From Dehalococcoidia bacterium (GTDB lineage: Bacteria; Chloroflexota; Dehalococcoidia; Bin125), in assembly GCA_022825265.1 (NCBI GenBank), contig JAJDXE010000004.1:270341-334340 (forward strand): a stretch of 64,000 nt of DNA, written 5' to 3'. The position numbers and the translations under genes are program-made. The notes under the pieces are model-generated. The model ran no database searches. It was not told where the DNA came from and saw only the letters and a list, made by a program, of their open reading frames with translations. Position 1 is the first letter of the stretch, and each line of letters starts with the position of its first letter. Shown in pieces: positions 8,106 to 17,966 of this stretch.

Positions 8106-9359
8106 CTACAACTTGTCCAACACCTCGTCGGTGTGCTCGCCGAGCAGCGGCGGGCGACGGGTGATTGCCCAGCTTCCCTTCGTCAACTGATACGGCGCGC
8201 CGGGATAGATCACTTCTCGATCCAGCTCCGGATGCTCCACCCTGACCTGCATCCCGCGATCGACGAAGTGGGGATCCTCGAGCGCTTCCTCGGGGCTGTG
8301 GATCACACCGACCTGGAAGCCGAAGTTCTGGGCCTTGGTGAAGAACTCATAGGCCGTCAGTTTCGAGGCGAGCAGATCGAACGCCTCCCGACCGGCCCCG
8401 AAGATCGCCAGCAGCTCCTCGTTGTCGCCCCTGAACACGTCCGCCAGCGAGAAGCTTTCCAGCTCCGCTCCGACCAGCAGCAGCGCAGCCTCGGGCAACT
8501 GATCGAGCAGTCCCTCGTCCTCCAACCACTGGTAGCAGAGGCCGAACTCGGCCGGGCGACGCGGCGGGATGCCGGTGTTCACGTAGCGACCGTCGGCGCA
8601 CTTGATCTGCGAAGGCATCGATGGCGCGACGCCTGCGTGACGCCCGGTCTGGCGCTGCACGGTCGAGTGAGAGACCAGCCACGAATACGAGCCCGCCTCC
8701 GTTGTCACATTGACGGAGGCATTGATGTTGACGTTGATGTGCTGGCCGACGCCGGTCGCGTCGCGATGCAGCAGCGCCGTCAGGATTGACATGAACGCGT
8801 AGTTGGAACCCGTGTGATAGGCCTGCTGACCGCCGCCGCGGACTGGCGGCAGCGAGTGATCGTCGTAGCCGTTCATCCAGGCGAAACCGCCGTTGGCAGC
8901 GAGCGTCAGGTCGGTCTGCGGCTCGTCGTCGCGCACCGAGCCGAAGCCGAAGTTGGTGATCGTGCACCAGATCAGCCCCGGGTTGTCGGACATGATCTGG
9001 TGGTAATCGACTCCCAGGCGGCCGACCGGATCGTATGTATTGGTGTCGAAGATGATGTCCGCCGACCCGGCCAGCTTGAGGAACGCATCGGCGTTCGAGC
9101 GGTCGTCGAAGTCCATCACAATGCTGCGCTTCGACGTGTTGTAGTACCAGAAAAAGAGAGACCGTTCGTGGTGCGGCTCGTCGTCGGCAAACGGCTCGTA
9201 CTGTCGCGACGGGTCGCCTTCGGGCGGCTCGATCTTGATCACGTCGGCGCCCATGTCGGCCAGCAGTTTGCCGCACCAGGCGCCACGCTCGTCTCCGATC
9301 TCGAGCACGCGCAGGTCGTCGAGCGCCATCATCGCCAGGGGATTTGAGCTGGTTGTCAT
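8106..9359 (-). CDS. CoA-transferase family III (CaiB/BaiF) protein.
   Basis: 417 aa with LRVLEIGDERGAWCGKLLADMGADVIKIEPPEGDP, typical of family III CoA-transferases. Its start overlaps the stop of the next gene by 1 nt. Confidence 0.8.
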   Translation of the reverse strand: MTTSSNPLAMMALDDLRVLEIGDERGAWCGKLLADMGADVIKIEPPEGDPSRQYEPFADDEPHHERSLFFWYYNTSKRSIVMDFDDRSNADAFLKLAGSADIIFDTNTYDPVGRLGVDYHQIMSDNPGLIWCTITNFGFGSVRDDEPQTDLTLAANGGFAWMNGYDDHSLPPVRGGGQQAYHTGSNYAFMSILTALLHRDATGVGQHINVNINASVNVTTEAGSYSWLVSHSTVQRQTGRHAGVAPSMPSQIKCADGRYVNTGIPPRRPAEFGLCYQWLEDEGLLDQLPEAALLLVGAELESFSLADVFRGDNEELLAIFGAGREAFDLLASKLTAYEFFTKAQNFGFQVGVIHSPEEALEDPHFVDRGMQVRVEHPELDREVIYPGAPYQLTKGSWAITRRPPLLGEHTDEVLDKL

Positions 9360-10633
9360 TAGATCACGCCTTCTTCGTGCAGCCCGGCGATCTCGTCCTG
9401 GCTCAGGCCCAGCAGCTCGCCGTAGACGTAGTCGTTGTCCTCGCCCAGCGTCGCCGCGCCGCGAGTCATCGACCAGTCCGTCTTCGTGAAGTGGGCCGGA
9501 ATCCCGTCCACGCGCAAGCGGCCCATCTCCGCCTGCCGAATCGTCGGCCAGAGCCTTGCCTCGGATGAGTTGACGTCCTGGTCGATGCGTTGCTCGGGCG
9601 TCTGCACGGCGTTGGCCGGCACGCCGGCCTCACGCAGGATCTCGGCAGACTGGAATGGATCGCGGCGCAGGCACCATTCGGCGATCTGCGAATCCAGCTC
9701 GTCCTGCGCCGCCAATCGGCCGGAAAGCTGACCGTAGGCGTCGTTGGATGCCCAGTCGCAACCGTCGGCGGCCAGCACGTCGCGCATTTTGTGCCAGTCC
9801 TCGTCGTTGCGGCAGGCGATTGCGATCCAGGCCTCGTCGAACGAGCCCGGAACCGGTTTCGCCGCGTAGATGTTGTGCGGCGCCATCGCAGGAAACTGCG
9901 AGTGGTTGGCGTCGGGATATCCGTCGCGGCGCAGTGGGCGTCCATTGACGGTGTAGTCGAGCAGCACCGGACCGTTCAGCGTGAGCGCCGCCTCGGTGGC
10001 GGCCACGTCCACGTACTGACCCTCGCCCGTCCGGTTGCGGTGGTGAATCGCGAGCATGATCGCCATCGCCATGAAATACGCGCCGGTGTGATCCATGTAG
10101 GAGTATCCCCAGCCGGCCGGCGGCTGGTCTGGAATCGCCGACGACATCGTCAGTCCGCTGGTCGCCTGCACGATCGGTCCCCAGGTCTTGAACTTCTCGT
10201 ACGGCCCCGAGTGCCCGAAACCGCAGTTGGAGACGTAGATGATGTCTTCCCTGATCTGCTTGAGCGCGTCGTAGTCGTAGCCCCAGGAGCGCATCACGCC
10301 GGAGGAGAAGTTCTCGGTCACGCAGTCCGAGATCGCGACCAGCCGCTCGAACAGCTCGCGGCCCTTCTCGGTCTTGATGTTCAGCGAGATGCCCAGCTTG
10401 CCCACGTTGTGATTGTTGAACGGTCCGCCCAGTTCAGGGCCGCGCCGATCGTCCACATACGGAGGCATCCCGCGCAGGATGTCCCAGCGGCCGTGGTTGG
10501 ACGGATCCTCGATCCGGATCACCTCAGCGCCGAAGGCGGCCATGAACTTGGTCGCGCCTGCGCCGGCCAGTTGGCCGGTGAAGTCGCAAATCCGCAGGTG
10601 CGAGAGAGCCTTGCTCTTGACGTGATGGGGCAT
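9359..10633 (-). CDS. CoA-transferase family III (CaiB/BaiF) protein, tandem paralogue.
   Basis: 424 aa containing LRICDFTGQLAGAGATKFMAAFGAEVIRIEDP. Confidence 0.8.
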   Translation of the reverse strand: MPHHVKSKALSHLRICDFTGQLAGAGATKFMAAFGAEVIRIEDPSNHGRWDILRGMPPYVDDRRGPELGGPFNNHNVGKLGISLNIKTEKGRELFERLVAISDCVTENFSSGVMRSWGYDYDALKQIREDIIYVSNCGFGHSGPYEKFKTWGPIVQATSGLTMSSAIPDQPPAGWGYSYMDHTGAYFMAMAIMLAIHHRNRTGEGQYVDVAATEAALTLNGPVLLDYTVNGRPLRRDGYPDANHSQFPAMAPHNIYAAKPVPGSFDEAWIAIACRNDEDWHKMRDVLAADGCDWASNDAYGQLSGRLAAQDELDSQIAEWCLRRDPFQSAEILREAGVPANAVQTPEQRIDQDVNSSEARLWPTIRQAEMGRLRVDGIPAHFTKTDWSMTRGAATLGEDNDYVYGELLGLSQDEIAGLHEEGVI

Positions 10634-10716
10634 CGTGCTACTCCTCCAGCGGAAGTCTATATGGCAGGTATTCTGAGGCTCACGCCAAGCAATCAGACAA
10701 CTCGAGGAACATCATC

Positions 10717-11490
10717 ATGGCCAAAGTCGCATTCATCACCGGAGCCAGCCGAGGGATCGGCAAGCAGCTTGCCCAGGATTTCGCCATTGCCGGCTACGAC
10801 ATTGCCGCTGTCGCGCGGTCCACTGCGGACACGCCGACCAAGCTGCCGGGCACGGTCAACGAGACGGCCCAGCTCGTCGAGGAGGCCGGCCAGGAGTGCC
10901 TGCCGATCGGGGCGAACCTGGCCAAGGTCGAGGACCTCGACCGCGCGGTCGCGGCGACGTACGACCGCTTCGGCCAGATCGACGTGCTGATCAACAACGC
11001 CGCGATCGCGCCTCCCGGCAAGGCATTGGAGTCGGGCCGCAACCTCTGGAGCCTGGCCGTCGAGATCAACGTCAACGCGCCCTTCTACCTGACCCACGCG
11101 ATCGCCCCGAAGATGGCCGACGCCGACGGCGGCGCGGTGATCAACATCGGCTCGGGCGCGTCGGTCAGCCCCGACTTCGGCCGGGCCAGCTACACCACAA
11201 CCAAGCGAGCGCTCGAAGCGATGTCCGAGTCATTGGCCAGCGACCTCAAGGGAACCGGCGTCTCGGTCAACTGCCTGCGGTTGGAACTCTCGGTCTGGAG
11301 CGAGGGCTACGCCTTCACGCTCGGCGAGCAGGCCAAGCAGATGGACTTCGAAGACCCGATCATCATGTCCGACGCCTGCCTCTGGATGGTCGCCCAGGGC
11401 CCCGAGTGGACCGGCCGGATCGTCACCATCGCCGACCTGCGCAAGTACGGCGCCGTCCGCCCGAGGACTCGAAAGACCTTCGACGACTAG
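10717..11490 (+). CDS. SDR-family oxidoreductase.
   Basis: Has a TGASRGIG cofactor-binding motif and a YxxxK-type active site region. Confidence 0.8.
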   Translation: MAKVAFITGASRGIGKQLAQDFAIAGYDIAAVARSTADTPTKLPGTVNETAQLVEEAGQECLPIGANLAKVEDLDRAVAATYDRFGQIDVLINNAAIAPPGKALESGRNLWSLAVEINVNAPFYLTHAIAPKMADADGGAVINIGSGASVSPDFGRASYTTTKRALEAMSESLASDLKGTGVSVNCLRLELSVWSEGYAFTLGEQAKQMDFEDPIIMSDACLWMVAQGPEWTGRIVTIADLRKYGAVRPRTRKTFDD

Positions 11491-12908
11491 TCCGCCGCGT
11501 CTGCAGGATTGAGGTCACGCAGTTCTCGATGAGTCAGATTGCGTGTAGTGACGGCAAGCTCGTCGAGCTCAGGGGCGTCTTTGCCTTCCGTGCCACCACC
11601 GAGCTCCCGCATTCGACGCGCACCGACGAGCAAGTCGCCTTGCAGAGAGCCGACCCCGGTGTCGTAGGCCTTGGCCGTGCTTGAGATTGCGCGTCCCAAG
11701 CGGGCGTAGTGCTCGGCGTGTCGTCGAACCCCGTCATAGATCGTCTGGGCGTGCTGTTGAATCTCATTCGCCTTGTCATGAAAGCGTTCCTGTCGCAACG
11801 CCTCTGCCACTCCAGTCACCAAGGCGAGCATCGTGACCGGAGTCGCCAGCAACACGCGATGCTTTTCGAACGCCTCGGCGATCAAATCGGGACGGGCTCG
11901 GGTTGCCGCTTCGAGAATGCTGTCAGATGGAATCCACATAACGACCACGTCGAGGGCCTGGTCGATGTTCTCCGCATACTCCACGCGAGCCAGGTCGCGA
12001 GCGGTGTTCAAGACATTCGACGCATGACTCCTGAGCAGTTCCTGCTGTTGCGCTTCGTCAGTGGCGTCAAGCGCCGATCGATAGTCGTCAAAAGGGACCT
12101 TTGAATCGATCACAATCCTTCGTCCACCCGGCATGCGCACGACCACGTCTGCACGGCCCGACCCTTGATCGGTGTTGACCTGGGTCTGGTAATCGGTATC
12201 TGGTCGCATGCCTGCGAGCTGCAGGATGTTCTCCAGGGTTCTCTCGCCCCAATCACCGCGTAACTGACTTGAGCGCAGGATCTCTCGAAGGTCTCCAGTC
12301 TCAGAACTCAGTTGGCCGACTTGCTGCTGCGTGGCTTTGATGAGCGCGCTGACACCTTCGTACGCGCCCTCTCGCTGTTTCTCAAGGTCGGCAATCTGCT
12401 TCCGAAGCTCCGTCAGGCTCTCGCCGACCGGCTCGACTCGCTGTTTCAACTCCTGCTCGGCCAGTTCGCGCTGTCGCTTGAAGTCCTCGGCCGCCTGCTT
12501 GCGGAATTCCTCGTTGCTGGCTTTCGCGACATCGGCGGCGATGCTCTTGAACAGGGTGTCGATCTCCTGCTGCTTCTTGTTCAACTCCTCGATCCGCGCT
12601 TCCCGGTCCGACTCGACCTGTTTGAGTTCTTCGCGAGCCTCGCCCAGGCTGTCGCGCAGAGTAGAAGCGCGACCCCGCTCCGCCTCCAGATCGTGCGCAG
12701 CCTGCTGCAGTTGCGATGACCGCTCCTCCAACCGCGCGCTCGCCTCTGTTCGCTCCCGTTCGGCGTCTTGCAGCACTCCGCGAACTTGATCCAATTCCAT
12801 GCGCAGGTCCGCCGATTCAGCGCGCAAACCCGACGCCTCTCGCCTCACGAACCAGGCCGCTGCCGCGCCAACCGCTAACCCGACGATCAAGCCAATGACA
12901 ATTTCCAT
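11487..12908 (-). CDS. rmuC: DNA recombination protein RmuC.
   Basis: 473 aa with an N-terminal TM helix, a long coiled coil and a conserved C-terminal RmuC domain (RADVVVRMPGGRRIVIDSKVP...). Confidence 0.75.
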   Translation of the reverse strand: MEIVIGLIVGLAVGAAAAWFVRREASGLRAESADLRMELDQVRGVLQDAERERTEASARLEERSSQLQQAAHDLEAERGRASTLRDSLGEAREELKQVESDREARIEELNKKQQEIDTLFKSIAADVAKASNEEFRKQAAEDFKRQRELAEQELKQRVEPVGESLTELRKQIADLEKQREGAYEGVSALIKATQQQVGQLSSETGDLREILRSSQLRGDWGERTLENILQLAGMRPDTDYQTQVNTDQGSGRADVVVRMPGGRRIVIDSKVPFDDYRSALDATDEAQQQELLRSHASNVLNTARDLARVEYAENIDQALDVVVMWIPSDSILEAATRARPDLIAEAFEKHRVLLATPVTMLALVTGVAEALRQERFHDKANEIQQHAQTIYDGVRRHAEHYARLGRAISSTAKAYDTGVGSLQGDLLVGARRMRELGGGTEGKDAPELDELAVTTRNLTHRELRDLNPADAAD

Positions 12909-12956
12909 CGAGTCCTCCCGACTGCCGCTTCCGGGCGACCGTCTCGATGCTATCTA

Positions 12957-13769
12957 ATGGACGTAACGGCAGAGACGAAGATCGGAAGCGGCATGCCCTG
13001 GTTTCTCGTTCACGTGCTCTGGCTCGCGATTCTTGCCGGCGCGGCCTGCGCGACATTTGGATGCAGCTCGGGAGACTCGATCAGCGGCGAGGTCCGATTC
13101 CACCGAGAGGTCGACCTGCCCGACGGCGCCACCGTGACGGTCAAGCTGCTCGATACATCGCTGGCCGACGCGTCCGCGGTCGAGCTTGGCGCGGTAGTGA
13201 TTGAAGACGCCAAGAGCCTGCCCGTCGCCTTCAGCATCGAATACGACCCTGACGAGGTCGACAGTCGCGCCGAAATCACACTCCAGGCCAGGGTCGAAGT
13301 TGGCGACGACCTGCTCTACATCAACGACACCGTCCACCCCGTGCTGACCCGCGGCAATCCGCGTAACAGCGACGTTCAGGTGATCTCGGTGAGCGAGTCC
13401 GACCAGTGCGTCGAGCCGCTGCCGGGCCAGATTCACTCCAGCTTCTGGGAAGGCGACCTGCCCGATGATGCGGTCCTCGAAGTCCGGCTCTGGGACGTTT
13501 CCGAGCCAGGGGAGCGCTTCGTCGTGGTCGAGGCCAGCTTCGACAATCTCGGATCGTTCCCGATCGACTTCGAGCTACCGCACGAGGGCGTGGAGATCAG
13601 CCGTCATCATCGTTACGAACTCCAGGCCGACATCTGGTTCGACGGTGAGCTGCAATTCCATATCCCAAACCCCGAGTGGCGACGCACCATCCTGCCCTAC
13701 TGCCCCGACGGCGACGACCTGATGATCGTCAACGACGTCTTCCCAGTTTCCGAGTTCCCGGCTGAATAG
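12957..13769 (+). CDS. YbaY-like lipoprotein with duplicated domain.
   Basis: Signal/lipobox-like N-terminus (LAILAGAACATFGCSSG). Two repeats of the pattern VxLLDxSLADA...PVxFxIEYDP. The real start is possibly the internal Met at about 12993. Confidence 0.55.
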   Translation: MDVTAETKIGSGMPWFLVHVLWLAILAGAACATFGCSSGDSISGEVRFHREVDLPDGATVTVKLLDTSLADASAVELGAVVIEDAKSLPVAFSIEYDPDEVDSRAEITLQARVEVGDDLLYINDTVHPVLTRGNPRNSDVQVISVSESDQCVEPLPGQIHSSFWEGDLPDDAVLEVRLWDVSEPGERFVVVEASFDNLGSFPIDFELPHEGVEISRHHRYELQADIWFDGELQFHIPNPEWRRTILPYCPDGDDLMIVNDVFPVSEFPAE

Positions 13770-13870
13770 TCCGGGGATCGCCTCTATCCGAGTGCAATAA
13801 TGTTCCCGAATCCGCACCAGAATATGGGCGCTCGGTAGGTGCCCGCTGCGAATGATCGAGGGAGACGACG

Positions 13871-15460
13871 ATGGAAGTCCCGCTGCTAGTCAACGATTTT
13901 CTGCGCCGCGCATCGAAGCTCTACGGACCCTCCGAAGCCGTCATCGACGGCGACCGTCGCTTCACCTGGGCCGAGTTCAACGCCCGCGTCAACCAGCAGG
14001 CCCACGCCCTGCTCGACGCCGGCATCGGCAAAGGTGACCGGGTCGGCATCATCGCTCCCAACTCACACCAGTTCCTCGAGACGTTCTACGCCACGGCCGC
14101 GATCGGCGCGGTTGTGGTGCCGATGAACTACCGCCTGATCCCGGCCGACTTCGAGTACATGCTCGAACACTCCGGCTCGAAGGTCGTCCTGGTCGACGCC
14201 GAATTCACCCACCTCGTCGACGAGATTCGCGGCAACGTCAACACCGTCGAGCACTTCATCGCCATTCCCTACGGCGACGCGCCGATCAATCCCGGCTGGA
14301 CCAACTACGAGGACTGGATTACCGATCAGGCGACATCGCAGCCGCCCGACCCGGGCCTGAACGAGACCGACCTGCTCTCGATCAACTACACCTCGGGCAC
14401 CACGGCGCGGCCCAAGGGCGTGATGATCACGCACCGCAACGCCTACATCAACGCCTACAACTTCATCGCCCACCTGCGTATCTCGCAGGACGACGCCGAG
14501 ATGTGGACGCTGCCCATGTTCCACGCCAACGGCTGGGGTGGCCCCTATGCGATCACCGCGATGGGCGGCAAGCACGTCGTCCTTAGAGCGCCCGAGGCAG
14601 CCGACATCTACCAGGTGATCCAGGACGAGAACTGCACCTTCGCCTGCATGGCTCCGGCGGTTCTGGCGCGCATCCTCGAGTTCGAGCGCAAGGACGATTA
14701 CAACATCACGGTCCGCCCGCGATTCACCGTCGCCGGCGCGCCGCCACCGCAGGCCTTCATCGAGCGCCTGGAGAAGGAGATCGGCTGGGAGTTCATCCAG
14801 ATTTACGGGCTCACCGAGACCTCGCCGATCCTCACCGTCTCCGAGGTCAAGCCCTACCTCGGCGTCGACGATGACGGCTACTTCGGCACCAAGGTCCGCG
14901 CGGGACACGACGTGATCGGCGTCGAGGTCAAGGTCGTCCGAGACTCCGGCAAGGAAGTCGCCTGGGACGACGAGGAGGTCGGCGAAGTCGTCGCCCGCTC
15001 CAACGTCGTCCTGCGCGGTTACTGGCAGCAGCAAGAAGAGACCGACAAGGTCATCGTCGACGGCTGGTTCCACACCGGCGACATGGCGACGGTCAACCAG
15101 GACGGTTACATCAACATCGTCGACCGGGCCAAGGACGTGATCATCTCAGGAGGAGAGAACATCTCCAGCATCGAGGTCGAGGACGTGCTCTACGACCACC
15201 CGGCGGTGCTCGAAGCGGCGGTCATCGGAGTGCCTTCGGAGCAGTGGGGCGAGACGCCGCTCGCCCTGATCGTGCCTCGGGAGGGGCATGATGTCACGAG
15301 GGATGACATCGTGGCCCACTGCCGAGCGACGATGGCAGGCTTCAAGATCCCGCGTCGGGTGGAGTTCGTGGAGACACTGCCTCGCACGGCGACGGGCAAG
15401 CTCAAGAAGTTCGAGCTCCGTGAGGCCTACTGGGAAGGCGTCGAAAAGCGGGTCAACTGA
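13871..15460 (+). CDS. AMP-dependent acyl-CoA synthetase/ligase (FadD-like).
   Basis: Contains YTSGTTARPKGV (AMP-binding motif I) and a C-terminal GKLKK. Confidence 0.85.
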   Translation: MEVPLLVNDFLRRASKLYGPSEAVIDGDRRFTWAEFNARVNQQAHALLDAGIGKGDRVGIIAPNSHQFLETFYATAAIGAVVVPMNYRLIPADFEYMLEHSGSKVVLVDAEFTHLVDEIRGNVNTVEHFIAIPYGDAPINPGWTNYEDWITDQATSQPPDPGLNETDLLSINYTSGTTARPKGVMITHRNAYINAYNFIAHLRISQDDAEMWTLPMFHANGWGGPYAITAMGGKHVVLRAPEAADIYQVIQDENCTFACMAPAVLARILEFERKDDYNITVRPRFTVAGAPPPQAFIERLEKEIGWEFIQIYGLTETSPILTVSEVKPYLGVDDDGYFGTKVRAGHDVIGVEVKVVRDSGKEVAWDDEEVGEVVARSNVVLRGYWQQQEETDKVIVDGWFHTGDMATVNQDGYINIVDRAKDVIISGGENISSIEVEDVLYDHPAVLEAAVIGVPSEQWGETPLALIVPREGHDVTRDDIVAHCRATMAGFKIPRRVEFVETLPRTATGKLKKFELREAYWEGVEKRVN

Positions 15461-15467
15461 CTCCCGA

Positions 15468-15512
15468 GACCTCCCCCTCTGGGGGAGGTGCCCCGAAGGG
15501 GCGGAGGGGGCC
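15468..15512. repeat. Left inverted-repeat arm of the CCCCCTCTGGGGG-family element flanking the DUF559 gene.
   Basis: Sequence gacctCCCCCTCTGGGGGaggtgccccgaaggggcggagggggcc. It is an imperfect reverse complement of the arm at 15894-15938. Confidence 0.7.
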
Positions 15513-15528
15513 CGCCGAGGCACCGACG

Positions 15529-15888
15529 ATGGCACATCGCGAATACGAGTACGCGCCTCTTGAGCAGATCGACTTTGCAAGAACGCTACGCGCGAACGCC
15601 ACCGACGCTGAGATTTTGCTCTGGAGCAGGCTCCGCCGAAAGCAGGTAGGCGGCCATCGGTTCCGGCGACAGCACCCGATAGGCGGATACGTGGCTGATT
15701 TCACCTGCGTCTCGGAACGCCTGGTCATCGAACTCGATGGTGGGCAGCACTCAGAGCGCAGGCGCCGCGACGAAGCTCGTACCCAAGACCTAGAAGCGAT
15801 GGGATATCGCGTGCTCCGATTCTGGAACGACGATGTCTTCAATGATCTTGACAACGTCGTCGAGCGAATCGCGGCCGAGTTGACGTAG
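15529..15888 (+). CDS. DUF559 domain endonuclease (Vsr-like / very-short-patch-repair-like fold).
   Basis: 119 aa: ...ILLWSRLRRKQVGGHRFRRQHPIGGYVADFTCVSERLVIELDGGQHSE...DLEAMGYRVLRFWNDDV, a DUF559 signature. Confidence 0.8.
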   Translation: MAHREYEYAPLEQIDFARTLRANATDAEILLWSRLRRKQVGGHRFRRQHPIGGYVADFTCVSERLVIELDGGQHSERRRRDEARTQDLEAMGYRVLRFWNDDVFNDLDNVVERIAAELT

Positions 15889-15893
15889 CGGGC

Positions 15894-15938
15894 GGCCCCC
15901 TCAGTCGCTTCGCGACAGCTCCCCCAGAGGGGGAGCTC
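15894..15938. repeat. Right inverted-repeat arm of the DUF559-carrying element.
   Basis: Sequence ggccccctcagtcgcttcgcgacagctcCCCCAGAGGGGGagctc. Its reverse complement aligns to the left arm. Confidence 0.7.
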
Positions 15939-16103
15939 CTGACGTTCGGAATTTTAGTCGCCGAGTGCCAGAATCTCGATCACGGTGCACGTGACGCGAG
16001 ATTCTGCTCGTCCGTGTTGAGCCTCCGCATCCATCACACTGCACGCGCCTTCATCTCACGGCGCGGCGAACCGCGGCCCTTGAGCACCTATCTGGCGACG
16101 CGC

Positions 16104-16910
16104 TCAGGTGTTGCGGCGACGCCCGAGGCGGTCGAAGAAGCTATTGTCGAGTTGCAGCACTCTGCCCAGATCGTCGTCAATCACCAGTCCCAGCCCGTAG
16201 TCCCGAAGCAAGTCGACCAATTCCTCGCCGTCCACCAGCTCAATAGGCTTCGCGCCACCGCGCCGGTCCGCCTCTTCGCGGGCGGCCGCCGTGAACGTCC
16301 CCGTTGTGATCAACAGTCCTTGTCCCGTTCGCCCGTCGAGGACGCCCCGAAAGTCCCGCACCTCCGAGGGTCCGACCGACCTCTGGTACCGCTTGCATTG
16401 GAAATAGACGGGGAACGACTTGCGCAGAATTCGATGCTGGCCAACGCCGTCGATTCCCTGATCGCCCGACCCGCCGAGGACCCTGACTTCGGTCAGCCCA
16501 GCCGATTGCAGCAGCTTGGCGGCTAGGTATTCAAACTGCATCGGGTCAAGCTGTTGCAGGCGCGCTAGAAGCTGGCCTTGCCAATCAGTGAGCGCGACGG
16601 CCAACGATGCTGCGGTCGCGCGATCTTGGTGAACCGGAGGCGGGAAGCCATCCAATGCGCGCAGTTGGCGCTCGAGCTCGGTTTGGCGATCTTGAGATTT
16701 GTGCAGGAGGCCCTCTACCGACTCATACCATCCTCTGTCTGAACGACGACGAGACTTACTGTCTAACTCTCGCTTGGCGAGTACTCGTTCGTACATCTCC
16801 TGATTCGCCTGCTCAGACTTGATCTTCTTCTCTAGCCTGTCGCGTTCGGCGCGTTCGTTCGCTTGTTGCCAGGCGGTCTTTAGTCGATTGAAGGTGTTGC
16901 CCAGTCCCAC
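16104..16910 (-). CDS. Mrr-like restriction endonuclease (Mrr_cat domain) with N-terminal coiled coil.
   Basis: Segment FEYLAAKLLQSAGLTEVRVLGGSGDQGIDGV...YFQCKRYQRSVGPSEVRDFRGVL...GLLITTGTFTAAAREEA matches the Mrr catalytic core. GC is lower than in neighbouring genes. Confidence 0.7.
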   Translation of the reverse strand: MGLGNTFNRLKTAWQQANERAERDRLEKKIKSEQANQEMYERVLAKRELDSKSRRRSDRGWYESVEGLLHKSQDRQTELERQLRALDGFPPPVHQDRATAASLAVALTDWQGQLLARLQQLDPMQFEYLAAKLLQSAGLTEVRVLGGSGDQGIDGVGQHRILRKSFPVYFQCKRYQRSVGPSEVRDFRGVLDGRTGQGLLITTGTFTAAAREEADRRGGAKPIELVDGEELVDLLRDYGLGLVIDDDLGRVLQLDNSFFDRLGRRRNT

Positions 16911-16931
16911 GCAGCTTTACCTTACGCTTCC

Positions 16932-17861
16932 CTACCCCAGACACCCGCTCAAGAAGTTATTGATCCGGTTCGTCGCGTCCATCCCAGCCGGTGTCGGGAA
17001 CCCATCAAACCCGTGCGGCGCGTCCGGGAAGACGTGCAGCTCAGTCTCGTGACCCGCCGCCTGCCACCGAGCAGCCATGAACAGCGAATCATCCAGCAGT
17101 GGATCCAATGTCCCCACCGTGAAGATCGCCGGTGGCATTCCCGACAGATCAGCCAGCAGCGGTGTCACGTCCGGCAGGTCGCGCAGCTCCGGCTCCTCCG
17201 GTGTGACGTAGTGGTCGATGAACCACTCCATGATTGGCGAGGAGAGAATCAGGTTGCGCTCACCCCACAGACGGGCCGACGGCGAATGTCGCAGGTCGAA
17301 GACGCCATAGGTCAGCGCCGCGCCCTTGAAACCGGTGTAGCCGTGGTTGTCCCGCATCCGCAGCAAGGTCGTGGCCGAGAGATGACCGCCGGCAGATTCT
17401 CCGCCGATCGTGAACGCGTCCGTGCCGAATTCCGACTGGCCGTTCTCGACCAGCCAGACCGCTGCCGCTTCGCAGTCCTCGTTGGGACCGGGATACGGAT
17501 GCTCGGGCGAGAGCCGGTAACCGACTGACACCACCGCCTGTTGCGTTGTCTGGGCACGCTCCCAGAGCCGCTCATCCTGGCCGTCGTGCGTACCGATCAC
17601 CCAGCCGCCGCCGTGGATGTGCAGGTACACGCCGCGCACGACCGGCGGGATGAACACTCGGATCGGAACGTCACCGGCCGGACCCGGTACCGTCCGTTCC
17701 TGGGCGATGTCGTCCAGCTTGGGCGGCGGCGGACCGAACGGACCACCCTCGGCCAGCACGTCGCGCAACTCCTGCGCCTCCATCTCGTGCCAGGGCTTGC
17801 CCTGCACCGAGGCCTCCTCGATCATCACGTTCAGCGCCTGCGTCTGCGGATCGGCTTTCAT
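16932..17861 (-). CDS. Alpha/beta-hydrolase esterase/lipase (HSL family).
   Basis: Contains HGGGW and GESAGG motifs. Confidence 0.8.
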   Translation of the reverse strand: MKADPQTQALNVMIEEASVQGKPWHEMEAQELRDVLAEGGPFGPPPPKLDDIAQERTVPGPAGDVPIRVFIPPVVRGVYLHIHGGGWVIGTHDGQDERLWERAQTTQQAVVSVGYRLSPEHPYPGPNEDCEAAAVWLVENGQSEFGTDAFTIGGESAGGHLSATTLLRMRDNHGYTGFKGAALTYGVFDLRHSPSARLWGERNLILSSPIMEWFIDHYVTPEEPELRDLPDVTPLLADLSGMPPAIFTVGTLDPLLDDSLFMAARWQAAGHETELHVFPDAPHGFDGFPTPAGMDATNRINNFLSGCLG

Positions 17862-17966
17862 GTCGCGTTCCTAACTGAAATAGACGTGCTATATTGGCGC
17901 AGCGCAGGCTAACCTGAGTCCGCCCGCACAACCAGTCGGAGTATAGGAAGTAGTGAGGAACTGACG

